Shown here in pieces: positions 35,694-47,257 of a DNA stretch of 63,543 nt. This stretch comes from Aquaticitalea sp. Its GTDB lineage: Bacteria > Bacteroidota > Bacteroidia > Flavobacteriales > Flavobacteriaceae. The translations under genes and the position numbers were made by a program. The notes below the pieces were generated by a model, which saw only the letters and a program-made list of their open reading frames with translations, did no database searches and was not told the DNA's origin. Position 1 is the first letter of the stretch, and every line of letters begins with the position of its first letter. The stretch lies in the NCBI GenBank assembly GCA_041748695.1, contig JBGTCT010000040.1, positions 1-63,543 on the forward strand, given 5' to 3'.

Positions 35694-36662
35694 TTATTCG
35701 TCTGGTTGGGTTTTCTCGTCTTCTATGATATTACCTTCAGCATCGAATTTTGGTGGCTTCTTTCCAAAGACCGAAAAATGCACATATCGTTTTGGATTCA
35801 ATTTTACATCCATCAACAATTGTTCTAACTGCATAGAAGCGCCTTCTAGATTTTTATAAAGTTTCTCATCTGTCATCAGTTTACCAAGAGTGCCTTTGCC
35901 GCTCTTCACATCAGCCATTAAATTATCGATGTTGGCAAGCGTGTTTTCTAATTTTGAAACTGATTCTGTCAATTTTACCTCTTTCAAATCATTGGTTAAA
36001 ATAGCCATATCAGTCGTTACCTGATTGAAATTCTTTATTGCAGCTGTCAATTCAGCATCATTTTTAGACACTAAACTGTTTATGCTGTTTGATAAACGAT
36101 TAAATGAGATAATGGTGGTGTTCAACTCTGATATAGTGCGTTTTAAACCATCATTAGAATCGTCTATTACGAGTTTGTTTAGATTGATCAACAAGGTATC
36201 TGCAGATTGCAATGTAGTTCCTAAATCGCTGCTCAAACCAGAGAAATTTTTGGTAAGACTTCTAATGAGCCCTGGTTCTATATCCGATTGTAAAAAGTCA
36301 CCACTTTTGGCCATGACATCTCCAGGTTCTGGGATGATTGCCAAGGCATTACCTCCCATAAGGCCTTGTTCATACAAACGAATTAGACTATTGGTAGAAA
36401 ACCTTAAATCATTATCAATTGATATGGTGACCTTGGTTCTACCTGTGTTATCATCATATTCTATTTTGGATACTTTACCCACAGTATTACCTTTAATGGT
36501 AACAGGCGAAGAAGTGTTGAGTGCGTTGTAATCGAACTCTGTATGATACTCGGCATTTGAATCTAATATATTGGTGCCTTTTAAGTAGTTAATCAGGAAG
36601 ACCATAAGTACAATTCCTGAAATGACTAATATTGCGGTTTTTACTTCTCTTGATACTTTCAA
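35694..36662 (-). CDS. MlaD/MCE family protein; TTG start
   Basis: N-terminal TM, L..SSPVTIKG..VGKV, GLMGG, helical region, GTLGKL, NPKRYVHFSVFG; TAATTTTG at 36686-36693. Confidence 0.9.
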   Translation of the reverse strand: MKVSREVKTAILVISGIVLMVFLINYLKGTNILDSNAEYHTEFDYNALNTSSPVTIKGNTVGKVSKIEYDDNTGRTKVTISIDNDLRFSTNSLIRLYEQGLMGGNALAIIPEPGDVMAKSGDFLQSDIEPGLIRSLTKNFSGLSSDLGTTLQSADTLLINLNKLVIDDSNDGLKRTISELNTTIISFNRLSNSINSLVSKNDAELTAAIKNFNQVTTDMAILTNDLKEVKLTESVSKLENTLANIDNLMADVKSGKGTLGKLMTDEKLYKNLEGASMQLEQLLMDVKLNPKRYVHFSVFGKKPPKFDAEGNIIEDEKTQPDE

Positions 36663-36718
36663 TGTGTAAATGATTTAGATACTTGCAAAATTAGCAATTA
36701 TTATAATAAGATTATTTT

Positions 36719-37867
36719 TTAATTTGCAGTTGTTTTAAGGGCATCATTTAGGTCAATGCGTTTTCCGTCTTTGTAAGCCACAATAAAGGACGACGGATAT
36801 CCTTTTTTTTGAGCTTCGGTTTGAAGCTGTTTTATTTTATTGTAATCGGAAGTGTAGCCATAAAAATATTTAAACAACTTCCCTTCTTTTTCTCTCGAAA
36901 TGTCATTGAGACCGTTAAAATTTAATGGTTTTGGTTCCAATTTATTAGAGCTGGCCGCCAATTGCACCTTAAATACAATGTTGTTGTAGATAAGCTCGGT
37001 AGTTTCCAAATCTATAGGTTTAATGATGTCATTCTCTTCAACAAGCATTGGCGTAGAAGATTGTGAATAAATATTTTCGCCAACATTTTGATCCAAAATC
37101 TTTTTGTATTTCATGATTGCATCAAATATTGACATTGAAACGTCAGTCTGACCCTTTGCTGAATTCAGGTAATCACCTTCTTCTTTGTTGGTGATAAAAC
37201 CAGTTTCAATCAATACGCTTGGCATTGCCGTTTGATGTATGACCCAAAGGCTAGCTTGTTTTACGCCTCGACTTTTCCGTTTTATTTTGTTCACGAAATT
37301 TTTCTCTATAAAACTCGCCAACAAAATACTTTGTTCGGTGTATTCTTCTTGCATCAGCGATATCCCTATTGAAGACACTGGAGATGAAGGATCAAATCCG
37401 TCGTAGTGTTTTTCATAATCATCTTCCAGGAAGATTACCTCATTTTCAGCTTTAGCCACTTCAAAGTTTCTATTGGTGTTTCCGACATCCAAAACGTAAG
37501 TTTCGGTTCCAGAGGCTTCTGTGTGATGGGCATTGCAATGTATAGAAACAAATAGATCTGCATTGGCATTATTGGCAATTTTCGCCCTGTCCTTGAGTTC
37601 CACAAATACATCTGTTTTTCGTGTGTAAACAACTTTGATTTGGTCGGTCTTCTCGAGTTCTTTCCCGACGGCCAATACAATACTTAAGGCGATGTCTTTT
37701 TCCTTATAACCGTATTTGGAATGTTTTCCCGGATCTTTTCCGCCATGTCCAGCATCAAGCACAACTATAAACTTGTCTGGATTTTTTTGAAACGTCTCTG
37801 CGGATGTTAAAAAACATGTAAATATGAATGTTAATAATACGATTGTAGATAGTGTTCTCGTTCTCAT
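36719..37867 (-). CDS. N-acetylmuramoyl-L-alanine amidase (Amidase_3)
   Basis: LDAGHGGKDPG, EKDIAL, FVSIHCNA, MPSVLIETGF. Confidence 0.95.
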   Translation of the reverse strand: MRTRTLSTIVLLTFIFTCFLTSAETFQKNPDKFIVVLDAGHGGKDPGKHSKYGYKEKDIALSIVLAVGKELEKTDQIKVVYTRKTDVFVELKDRAKIANNANADLFVSIHCNAHHTEASGTETYVLDVGNTNRNFEVAKAENEVIFLEDDYEKHYDGFDPSSPVSSIGISLMQEEYTEQSILLASFIEKNFVNKIKRKSRGVKQASLWVIHQTAMPSVLIETGFITNKEEGDYLNSAKGQTDVSMSIFDAIMKYKKILDQNVGENIYSQSSTPMLVEENDIIKPIDLETTELIYNNIVFKVQLAASSNKLEPKPLNFNGLNDISREKEGKLFKYFYGYTSDYNKIKQLQTEAQKKGYPSSFIVAYKDGKRIDLNDALKTTAN

Positions 37868-37998
37868 AAGGGTTTTAACGACTAATAAACTGGGTTTATT
37901 TTAAATTTAATTTTTAAATGATCAATCCCAAAAAAATATATGTAATTTTGAGGATTCAAAAACCGAGCCATACTTTTACAAAAATACACCTAAAAGCA

Positions 37999-40695
37999 TT
38001 GCGTACAAACAACTTTCACATACTTTTTGCCTTAAGTTTTACAGTGTTTATTAACACGTGTACGTATGCTCAAGATTTGCCAAAACCTACTGAACCCATA
38101 AAAGTAACTGAAAGGGATAGTGTATTTTTGAGTACCGATTCACTTCGCAGCCAGCCCATCAATTTAAAGCAAAATGATTCCATCATAGCTGATTCGATTC
38201 CCAAACAGAAAGAGTTTTTGACTGATGTGGTCAAGTACAAGGCAAAGGATTATGTTTCTATCAATCAACGCGAGCAAAAAATATATATGTATAATGAAGC
38301 CGAAGTTTTTTATCAGGATATGGAAATTAAATCGGGTGTCATTGTAATTGATTACAGCAAAAATTTGGTTTATGCAGGTAGACTCAAGGATTCGTTAGGC
38401 GTTTATTCACAATTACCAATTTTCAAACAAGGCACCAATGTAGTGGAGCCTGATTCCATTATCTTTAATACAGAGAATAAAAAAGCGTTGATTTTTAATT
38501 CCAGAACCGAACAAAGTGGCGGATATATCGACGCCGAAATCACCAAAAAAGAGAATGATTCCGTTTATTTTTTAAAGGAAGGAAAATTTACCACTTCCGA
38601 AAATAGGGATGATCCTGAGTTTTACTTCAGGATGCGACGTGCCAAATTTGTACCTGGAAAGAAAGTTGTTGTAGGTTTAACCAATATGTATATTTATAAT
38701 GTACCTACACCTATAGGTTTGCCATTTGCCTATTTTCCGATGTCCCAAAAACAAACCTCTGGTATTATTTTTCCAAGTTTTGGACAGGACAACAATAGAG
38801 GATATAATTTGCAGAATGGTGGTTATTATTTCGCTGTGAGCGATTTTTTCGATTTAGCCGTGCTTGGTGATTATTATACCAACGGAAGTTATGGGTTTCG
38901 TTTGGAATCCGATTATGCCTTGCGGTATCGCTTCAGGGGAAATGTCGGATTTAGATATGAAAATTTGATTTTAAGTGAGCGTGGCTTTCCAGATTACTCC
39001 AAGAGCTCCATTTATAATATTAGATGGTCGCATTCACAAGATGCCAAAGCAAATCCGAGCTCGCGATTTTCAGCATCTGTTAACCTTGGTAGTAGTCGTT
39101 ATTATCAGGAATCTATCAATCAAATCAACCAATCTAACTTTTTGAATAATACCTTGTCATCTTCGGTTTCGTATTCAAAAACATTCGACACCGAACCACA
39201 AATCAATTACAGCGTAACGGCGACTCATTCACAAAATACACAAACCCAGCAAATTGATATGACCTTGCCGACTTTTCAAGGAAGTGTGAGTCGTATTTTT
39301 CCTTTTGAGCCAAGCATTGGTACAAAAAAAGGGATCATTCAAAACATTAATTTACAATACAATATTCGGGCTGAAAATCGCATTCAAACTACGGATTCCC
39401 TCTTCTTTTCAGCTGAAATGTTTGATGATGCACTTATGGGAGTTAAGCATACTATTCCTATTACCACAAATTTTAAAGTGTTTAAATATTTCAGTTTAAG
39501 TGCCAGCACGAATTTTGATGAAAACTGGACTTTTAATACCATCAGGCGAACTTATGATGAGGATACAGACAAAATTGTTACTGAAGAATTGAGAGGATTT
39601 GACAGTTTCAGAACTTATAATTTCAGCTCCAGCGTTGGTACGACCATATATGGAATGTTCGATTTTAAGAGACCTGGAAAAGATCCAAAAATTCAAGCCA
39701 TACGCCATGTCATACGACCAGCCATCAGTTATAATATCAATCCTGCTTTTGACGAATATTACGATACCTTTGATATCATTACAGCTGATGGTACTACTGC
39801 CAGACAAGAATATAGTCGTTTTGAAACTTCTCTTTTTGGCAGTCCTAACAAAAACTTTTCGAGTTCTTTAGGTTTTTCCCTAGCAAATAATTTAGAAGCC
39901 AAAGTAAGACCTAAAGATTCTACTGCCAAAGAACCAAAAAAAATTAAGATTTTTGATAATTTAAATTTTTCATCGTCTTATAATTTTGCCGGCGATTCCT
40001 TGCAATTTAGTCCAATTAGGGCTTCGGGCGGCACGCAGATACTCGACAACAAAATGGCGATCAACTTTGGTATGGTACTAGATCCCTACGCCTTGGACAA
40101 TAATAATAGAAAAATAAATACATTAAACATCAAGAATGGTGGAAGTCTTTTCCGAATGACTTCTGCCAACTTAAATATTAGCTACACATTATCTAACACT
40201 ACGTTTTCTGGTGGTGATGGGTTAGATGCTAAAGAAAAGGAGGAATCGATTCAAAGTGGTGGGCGAGCTGATGATTTATTTGGAAAACCACAGGATTTTG
40301 CGGATGTAAGACTTACCAATGCGAATAAGGAAGATGAGGAGCCTAGCGAACTTTATAATTACAAAATCCCGTGGAGCTTGCGTCTGGCCTATGCCTTAAA
40401 TTATTCAAATAGCGCCCGCCAAAACGAAATATCCTCAAATTCATTGATGTTTTCAGGAGATATCAATATTTCGCCACGTTGGACACTTGGAGCATCATCG
40501 GGTTATGATTTTAGGAATCAAGGATTCACTTATACGCAATTGCGGTTTGAGCGCGATTTGTTGAGCTGGCGTATGAATTTTAGTTGGATACCTTTCAGCG
40601 ACCGCAGTTCTTGGAATTTCTTTATCGGAATTAAATCGAACTTATTAAAAGACATTAAGTATGACCAACGAAGACGACCGGATCAACGATTATAA
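37999..40695 (+). CDS. lptD: Putative LPS-assembly outer-membrane protein LptD (Bacteroidota type); preferred start TTG 37999, longest ORF starts 37918
   Basis: Signal peptide MRTNNFHILFALSFTVFINTCTYA-Q, beta-jellyroll-like N-domain, NVPTP.GLPF, GGYYF, long barrel, FERDL.SW.M.F.W.P. Confidence 0.8.
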   Translation: MRTNNFHILFALSFTVFINTCTYAQDLPKPTEPIKVTERDSVFLSTDSLRSQPINLKQNDSIIADSIPKQKEFLTDVVKYKAKDYVSINQREQKIYMYNEAEVFYQDMEIKSGVIVIDYSKNLVYAGRLKDSLGVYSQLPIFKQGTNVVEPDSIIFNTENKKALIFNSRTEQSGGYIDAEITKKENDSVYFLKEGKFTTSENRDDPEFYFRMRRAKFVPGKKVVVGLTNMYIYNVPTPIGLPFAYFPMSQKQTSGIIFPSFGQDNNRGYNLQNGGYYFAVSDFFDLAVLGDYYTNGSYGFRLESDYALRYRFRGNVGFRYENLILSERGFPDYSKSSIYNIRWSHSQDAKANPSSRFSASVNLGSSRYYQESINQINQSNFLNNTLSSSVSYSKTFDTEPQINYSVTATHSQNTQTQQIDMTLPTFQGSVSRIFPFEPSIGTKKGIIQNINLQYNIRAENRIQTTDSLFFSAEMFDDALMGVKHTIPITTNFKVFKYFSLSASTNFDENWTFNTIRRTYDEDTDKIVTEELRGFDSFRTYNFSSSVGTTIYGMFDFKRPGKDPKIQAIRHVIRPAISYNINPAFDEYYDTFDIITADGTTARQEYSRFETSLFGSPNKNFSSSLGFSLANNLEAKVRPKDSTAKEPKKIKIFDNLNFSSSYNFAGDSLQFSPIRASGGTQILDNKMAINFGMVLDPYALDNNNRKINTLNIKNGGSLFRMTSANLNISYTLSNTTFSGGDGLDAKEKEESIQSGGRADDLFGKPQDFADVRLTNANKEDEEPSELYNYKIPWSLRLAYALNYSNSARQNEISSNSLMFSGDINISPRWTLGASSGYDFRNQGFTYTQLRFERDLLSWRMNFSWIPFSDRSSWNFFIGIKSNLLKDIKYDQRRRPDQRL

Positions 40696-40990
40696 TTAAG
40701 GTTTTGATAAAAGCAATTATTTTTAAAATAGTAATGGCCGGTAAAGAATAAAGATCGTTCCGCCTTTGCCGTAACTTCAGGAGCCTAGAATCTAGACTAA
40801 ATTTAATTTGTTGATAAAAGATCTGGTTATTATAATAATCCTTTGGCGCATTTTAAAAATTTGTGTAATTTAAAAACTTACTAAAAGGAAGGTTAAAATT
40901 TACAAATAACATTGTATTTACCTAAAAATTTGAGATTTCTGCGTTCATAAAAATGTTTACCGTACAATAATGTTGTTAAATTTATAATTC

Positions 40991-41374
40991 ATGAAAAAAA
41001 TCATCAATACTTCGAAAGCTCCTGCTCCTATTGGCCCTTATAACCAAGCTATCTTGGCTGGGAATATACTTTTTACGTCTGGACAAATTGCTTTGGATCC
41101 AAGCACTGGCGAATTGGTTTTAACTGATATCAAGAGTGAAACAAAACAAGTAATGGATAACCTGAAAGTGGTTTTGGAAGCCGCTAATATGACCTTTGAA
41201 AATGTGGTAAAAACATCCATTTTTATCAGTGATATGAACAATTTCGCACATATCAACGAGGTGTACGCGACCTATTTTAATAGTGATTCTGCTCCTGCCC
41301 GCGAAACGGTGGAGGTTGCCAACCTTCCAAAATTTGTCAATGTAGAGATTAGTATGATTGCCGTGAAGTATTGA
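40991..41374 (+). CDS. ridA: RidA/YjgF family reactive-intermediate deaminase
   Basis: APAPIGPYNQA, SGQI, N.VY..YF, PARETV.V..LP...VEI. Confidence 0.95.
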   Translation: MKKIINTSKAPAPIGPYNQAILAGNILFTSGQIALDPSTGELVLTDIKSETKQVMDNLKVVLEAANMTFENVVKTSIFISDMNNFAHINEVYATYFNSDSAPARETVEVANLPKFVNVEISMIAVKY

Positions 41375-41507
41375 TACAATTGGCGTGAAGGAATTGACAA
41401 ATACAACCACCTTTATTAGAGTCGAAGAACAAGAAGATAGAATTTGTACTTAGACATTATTTTAATCAAAAGCCTTTCATCAATAATTCAGTTTAGACGA
41501 TACTTTC

Positions 41508-42368
41508 TTACAAGCGTTTTGTATGGTATGCAACCAAACCTTCAATAGGACGACGAATAAAATTACCTACTTTAAAGCCTAATTCGTCTGCTACCTCCTT
41601 GATTTCCTTTTGTGAGAAAAAGGCAATGGAACCTGCAAAATGAACCGGAACTTTTTCAATTTCATTCTTAAATTGAAGAATCATGTTTTTAGCAAAAAGA
41701 GTGACGCCATCTTTGATCATTTTTTGAATGTATTTAGAATCCCTGTTTAAAAACATGAATTCCGCAAAGTTTGCCAAATAGGCATTCGGACTTGGATTTT
41801 TATAGAGATTGTATTTGATGTAATCGGCATCCATATTGTACTTGTCGCCAAAAGAAATTTTTATGGCTTCGGGCATATTATTGAAATAATAATCCCTAAT
41901 CAATTGTTTACCATAGTAGTTTCCGGAGGCATCATCCATTAGAGTGTATCCCAATGATACGATACGTTGCTCCAAATGCGTTCCATTAAAATAACTGCAG
42001 TTGGAACCGGTTCCCAAAATACAAACTACAGCAGCTTCATCATCACTATTGAGTGTTGCCCTTACGGCTGCCATCGTGTCTTCAGTCACTTCTACTTGTG
42101 CATTGACAAAAATCTCTTCCAACACATTCTTTAAAAGCAAACGTGGGTTTTCGGTACCACAACCAGCGCCATAAAAAAATATGTGGGTGACATCGCGCTT
42201 AATGGCCATCAATTCCTCACTCTTTCGGATGATAGAGTAAAGTTTTTTTTCTTTAAGAATTTCCGGATTGAGCCCATTCGTTCTTATTTTTTCAAGAAGT
42301 TGTTTCCCATTATTATCTACACAAATCCAATCACATTTTGTAGAACCACTATCAACGATTAAAATCAT
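41508..42368 (-). CDS. BadF/BcrA-type sugar kinase (N-acetylglucosamine kinase-like)
   Basis: DSGSTKCDW, G.NP, FYGAGC, ILGTGSN, LGY...DDASG, FAGSIA. Confidence 0.88.
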   Translation of the reverse strand: MILIVDSGSTKCDWICVDNNGKQLLEKIRTNGLNPEILKEKKLYSIIRKSEELMAIKRDVTHIFFYGAGCGTENPRLLLKNVLEEIFVNAQVEVTEDTMAAVRATLNSDDEAAVVCILGTGSNCSYFNGTHLEQRIVSLGYTLMDDASGNYYGKQLIRDYYFNNMPEAIKISFGDKYNMDADYIKYNLYKNPSPNAYLANFAEFMFLNRDSKYIQKMIKDGVTLFAKNMILQFKNEIEKVPVHFAGSIAFFSQKEIKEVADELGFKVGNFIRRPIEGLVAYHTKRL

Positions 42369-42380
42369 AGGTATTTGAAT

Positions 42381-42431
42381 AAAAAAATCCGTATAAGTCC
42401 AAACTATATAAATATAGTAAACTTATACGGA
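42381..42431 (-). terminator. Long-stem intrinsic terminator after gap
   Basis: TCCGTATAAGT/ACTTATACGGA 11-bp stem, inner ACTATA/TATAGT pair, then a T tract on the minus strand. Confidence 0.8.
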
Positions 42432-42445
42432 AAGTGATTTATAAT

Positions 42446-43492
<1,047 letters not shown>

Positions 43493-43495
43493 TTA

Positions 43496-44482
43496 TTAGG
43501 TAGACATTATATCTGACACCCTTAACAATTCCTTATCGATTTTTGATTTTCCTTTTACGGCCTGTTCCAATGGTGTTAAAGACATGACGTCATTTAAAAG
43601 CCCTACCATATAATTTGTTTTGCCTTCGAGCAGACTTTCTACGGCCTTTACACCCATTCTACTTGCCAATACCCTGTCAAAACAGGATGGTGAGCCGCCA
43701 CGTTGCATATGTCCCAAAACAGAGACCCTCACTTCGTATTCTGTCATGTTTTCTTCGACATAATCCTTCAATTCAAAGACATTCTTACCTATTTTATCAC
43801 CTTCAGCGACGACCACGATACTCGATGATTTCCCAGATTGTTTACTTTTTTTAAGTGACTCCAATAGGCGTTTGAGACCCAAATCCTCTTCAGGTATCAG
43901 AATTTCCTCTGCACCTGCACCAACACCGGCATTCAAAGCGATATGTCCGACATCACGTCCCATCACTTCCACAAAAAACAAGCGGTTGTGCGAACTTGCA
44001 GTATCTCGAATTTTATCAATACAATCGACTACAGTATTGAGAGCTGAGTCAAAACCAAGTGTATGAGTGGTTCCAAAAATATCGTTATCGATAGTTCCTG
44101 GAATTCCCATGACTGGGTAATCAAACTCTTTGTTGAAGATCAATCCGCCATTAAATGTTCCGTCGCCACCTATTAGTACAAGGGCATCGATATTGGCTTC
44201 TGTTAATTTCTGATGGGCTGCTTGACGTCCTTCAACAGTTCTAAATTCTTTAGATCGCGCCGATTTAAGAACGGTTCCGCCTTTATTGATAATTCCTTTA
44301 ACGCTTCGCGCGTCCATAGGTTTAAAATCTCCTTCTATCATCCCTTCATATCCACGATAGATTCCGACACATTCAATATGGTGATAGGCACAGGTTCTCA
44401 CAACCGAACGTATGGCAGCATTCATTCCAGGAGAATCGCCTCCAGAGGTCATAACACCTATCTTTTTTATACTTTTTGACAT
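43496..44482 (-). CDS. pfkA: ATP-dependent 6-phosphofructokinase
   Basis: TSGGDSPGMNA, GGDGT, PGTIDND, EVMGR, LGHMQRGG. Confidence 0.98.
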   Translation of the reverse strand: MSKSIKKIGVMTSGGDSPGMNAAIRSVVRTCAYHHIECVGIYRGYEGMIEGDFKPMDARSVKGIINKGGTVLKSARSKEFRTVEGRQAAHQKLTEANIDALVLIGGDGTFNGGLIFNKEFDYPVMGIPGTIDNDIFGTTHTLGFDSALNTVVDCIDKIRDTASSHNRLFFVEVMGRDVGHIALNAGVGAGAEEILIPEEDLGLKRLLESLKKSKQSGKSSSIVVVAEGDKIGKNVFELKDYVEENMTEYEVRVSVLGHMQRGGSPSCFDRVLASRMGVKAVESLLEGKTNYMVGLLNDVMSLTPLEQAVKGKSKIDKELLRVSDIMST

Positions 44483-44628
44483 TTAAATTTACTTTTGAAA
44501 AGTAAAACTACTAAACTAATATTAGAATTATCAAGGTATTGGAGTTTATTTAACAGTGGCATAAAAACTCAAACGTTTTCGTTGATAACTATCTTAAAAG
44601 TGGTGGCGAATTGCAGTGAGAATTACGT

Positions 44629-44684
44629 TTAGAGATTAGAAAATAGAAAATAAATGTTAGAAGCTAGAGGCTCGAAGTTAGAAG
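44629..44684. repeat. Degenerate heptamer tandem repeat (TTAGAAG-like) x8
   Basis: ttagaga ttagaaa atagaaa ataaatg ttagaag ctagagg ctcgaag ttagaag. Confidence 0.7.
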
Positions 44685-44928
44685 TTTTTTGCGTTAGCTT
44701 TGCTATGCCTGACGCTTTGGGACAAAAAAATTAAAATTGGAACATAAATCCGTATTTTTCGCTTCCCCAACACTACGGGACTAAAAGTTAAGATGAGTTC
44801 AATAAAATTGGGAAACAGAAGTAAAAAATTCTGATATAACAAAAATTTATACATGATCCTTCCGAAATCCTTAACTTACCGCGACAAATCGAAATTCAGC
44901 ATTTGTTCAACTAATAAAAACAATAATT

Positions 44929-47112
44929 ATGAATCGCATATTGTTAATAATCTCTCTAATATTTCTTACCAGCTGTAAGAAAGAAACTACACTTACGGCT
45001 GAAGCATTGCGCTGGCAGCAACATGTGGATAATACAGAAATAATTAGAGATGATTATGGCGTACCACATATTTATGGCAAAACAGATGCTGATGCTGTTT
45101 TTGGATTGTTGTATGCACAATGTGAGGACGACTTTAATCGTGTAGAGCAAAATTATATTTGGGCTACAGGAAGACTTGCTGAAGTTCAAGGAAAAGCCTC
45201 TCTTTATAGTGATTTGCGGGCCAATTTATACATGACCGAGGAAGAAGCAATTGTAAACTACAACAACAGTCCTAAATGGCTTCAGGAGTTGTGTGTCGCC
45301 TTTGCCGATGGTATAAATTATTACCTAAAAACACACCCAGAAGTGAAACCAAAATTAATTATACATTTTGAGCCCTGGATGCCAATGTATTTTAGTGAAG
45401 GATCTATTGGAGGTGATATAGAACGGGTTTCCACTAAAAAAATAAAAGCTTTTTATGACACTAGCAATGATACTCAACTAGTCGTAAACGAAGGTTTTAT
45501 AAAGTTGAAAGATGATGAGCCACGAGGCTCCAATGGTTTTGCTATTGCTGGCAGCAAAACAAAATCTGGCAACTCCATGTTGCTGATCAATCCGCATACG
45601 TCATTCTTTTTTCGCGGTGAAGTCCATGTAGTAAGCGAACAAGGTCTAAATGCGTATGGTGCTGTGACTTGGGGACAATTTTTTGTTTATCAAGGATTTA
45701 ATGAAAAAACAGGTTGGATGCATACCTCAACAGGAACAGACATAATTGATGAATTTGAAGAAACCATCATAAAGAAAGGTACAAAAACCTATTATAAACA
45801 CGGTGAAGCGTTGCGCCCTGTTGATTCAATGGAAGTTACACTCAATTACAAATTAGCAGATGGTGGATTAAGCGATATTACATTCATGATTTATAGAACA
45901 CATCATGGTCCCATTACGCATGTAGAAGATGACAAATGGGTTGCAACTGCTTTAATGTGGAGCCCAATCAAGGCTTTAGAACAATCGTTTATGCGAACCA
46001 AAAAATCCAATCATCAGGAGTTTTATGATATGATGAATATTCGCACCAATTCCTCGAATAATACTGTGTATGCAGATGCGGATGGCAACATTGTTTATTA
46101 TCATGGCAATTTTATTCCAAAACGCAATGAGAAATTTGACTACACCAAACCTGTGGATGGCAGTAATCCTGAAACCGAATGGAAGGGAATTCATGATTTA
46201 AAAGATAATATTTTTGTAATGAACCCTCCAAATGGCTGGATCCAAAATTGCAACTCTACACCTTTTACAAGTGCTGCTCAATACAGCCCAAAGCGAGAGG
46301 ATTATCCAAATTACATGAGTTCCTTTCCGGAAAATTTTAGGGGTATGCACGCCATACCCTTGTTGACAAAGGCAGAAGATTTAACATTAGATACCTTGAT
46401 TGAATTGGCTTATGACAGTTATCTACCTGGAGCAGATATATTGATTGGAGGCTTGCTGGATGCTGTCAAAAAAGTACCTGCAAAAACGCAAGAAGCCAAA
46501 GAGGCCATCGCATTATTAAAACAATGGGATTTTAGGGTAGCCAAAAATTCCATTGAAATGACTTTAACACAATTTTATGTCAATGCATACTTAAGGTCTG
46601 ACAAAATTCGCAACAAACGAATGCCTACCCTGGAACTATTTGAATATATGAGCAAAACAGCTCCTCCTGAAGAACGTATGCAAGTATTTCAAATAGCTTT
46701 GGAAAATTTAAAAGCAGATTTTGGTTCATGGCAAACAGCTTGGGGAGAATTCAACAGATATCAAAGAAACAATGGTGACATTGTTCAAGAATTTGATGAT
46801 GCAAAACCTAGTATTCCTATTGGTATGGCATCTGGCTTTTGGGGAGCATTAGCATCCTTTGGAACCCAATTTGGAGCGAACACCAAACGTCAATACGGCA
46901 CTTCAGGGAATAGTTTTGTTGCTGTTGTAGAGTTTGGGGATAAGGTACAAGCAAAAAGCATATTGGCTGGAGGTCAAAGTGGCGATCCAAATTCGCCCCA
47001 CTTTGACGATCAATCACAGCGCTATGCAGATGGTTTTTTTAAAGATGTGGCATTTTATAGGGAAGACGTTGAAAAACGGGCTAAAGCCAGCTACCGTCCA
47101 GGTGACAAATAA
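44929..47112 (+). CDS. Penicillin/cephalosporin/AHL acylase family Ntn-hydrolase (S45), lipoprotein
   Basis: LTSC lipobox, RDDYGVPHIY, beta-chain start GSNGFAIA, LLINPH, RTHHGP, QNCNSTP, GQSGDP.SPHF.DQ. Confidence 0.92.
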   Translation: MNRILLIISLIFLTSCKKETTLTAEALRWQQHVDNTEIIRDDYGVPHIYGKTDADAVFGLLYAQCEDDFNRVEQNYIWATGRLAEVQGKASLYSDLRANLYMTEEEAIVNYNNSPKWLQELCVAFADGINYYLKTHPEVKPKLIIHFEPWMPMYFSEGSIGGDIERVSTKKIKAFYDTSNDTQLVVNEGFIKLKDDEPRGSNGFAIAGSKTKSGNSMLLINPHTSFFFRGEVHVVSEQGLNAYGAVTWGQFFVYQGFNEKTGWMHTSTGTDIIDEFEETIIKKGTKTYYKHGEALRPVDSMEVTLNYKLADGGLSDITFMIYRTHHGPITHVEDDKWVATALMWSPIKALEQSFMRTKKSNHQEFYDMMNIRTNSSNNTVYADADGNIVYYHGNFIPKRNEKFDYTKPVDGSNPETEWKGIHDLKDNIFVMNPPNGWIQNCNSTPFTSAAQYSPKREDYPNYMSSFPENFRGMHAIPLLTKAEDLTLDTLIELAYDSYLPGADILIGGLLDAVKKVPAKTQEAKEAIALLKQWDFRVAKNSIEMTLTQFYVNAYLRSDKIRNKRMPTLELFEYMSKTAPPEERMQVFQIALENLKADFGSWQTAWGEFNRYQRNNGDIVQEFDDAKPSIPIGMASGFWGALASFGTQFGANTKRQYGTSGNSFVAVVEFGDKVQAKSILAGGQSGDPNSPHFDDQSQRYADGFFKDVAFYREDVEKRAKASYRPGDK

Positions 47113-47257
47113 GAGCAGTTAAAAAAATACTAATAACCCAAAAAGAGAGGTACTGTATCTCCATACAATTATTTGAAGACATTAGTCTTTTAAACTTTTT
47201 TTTACTGGTTAAAATCTTTTAAATGTGCAGCATAGTTAAATCAATAAACAATTATCC

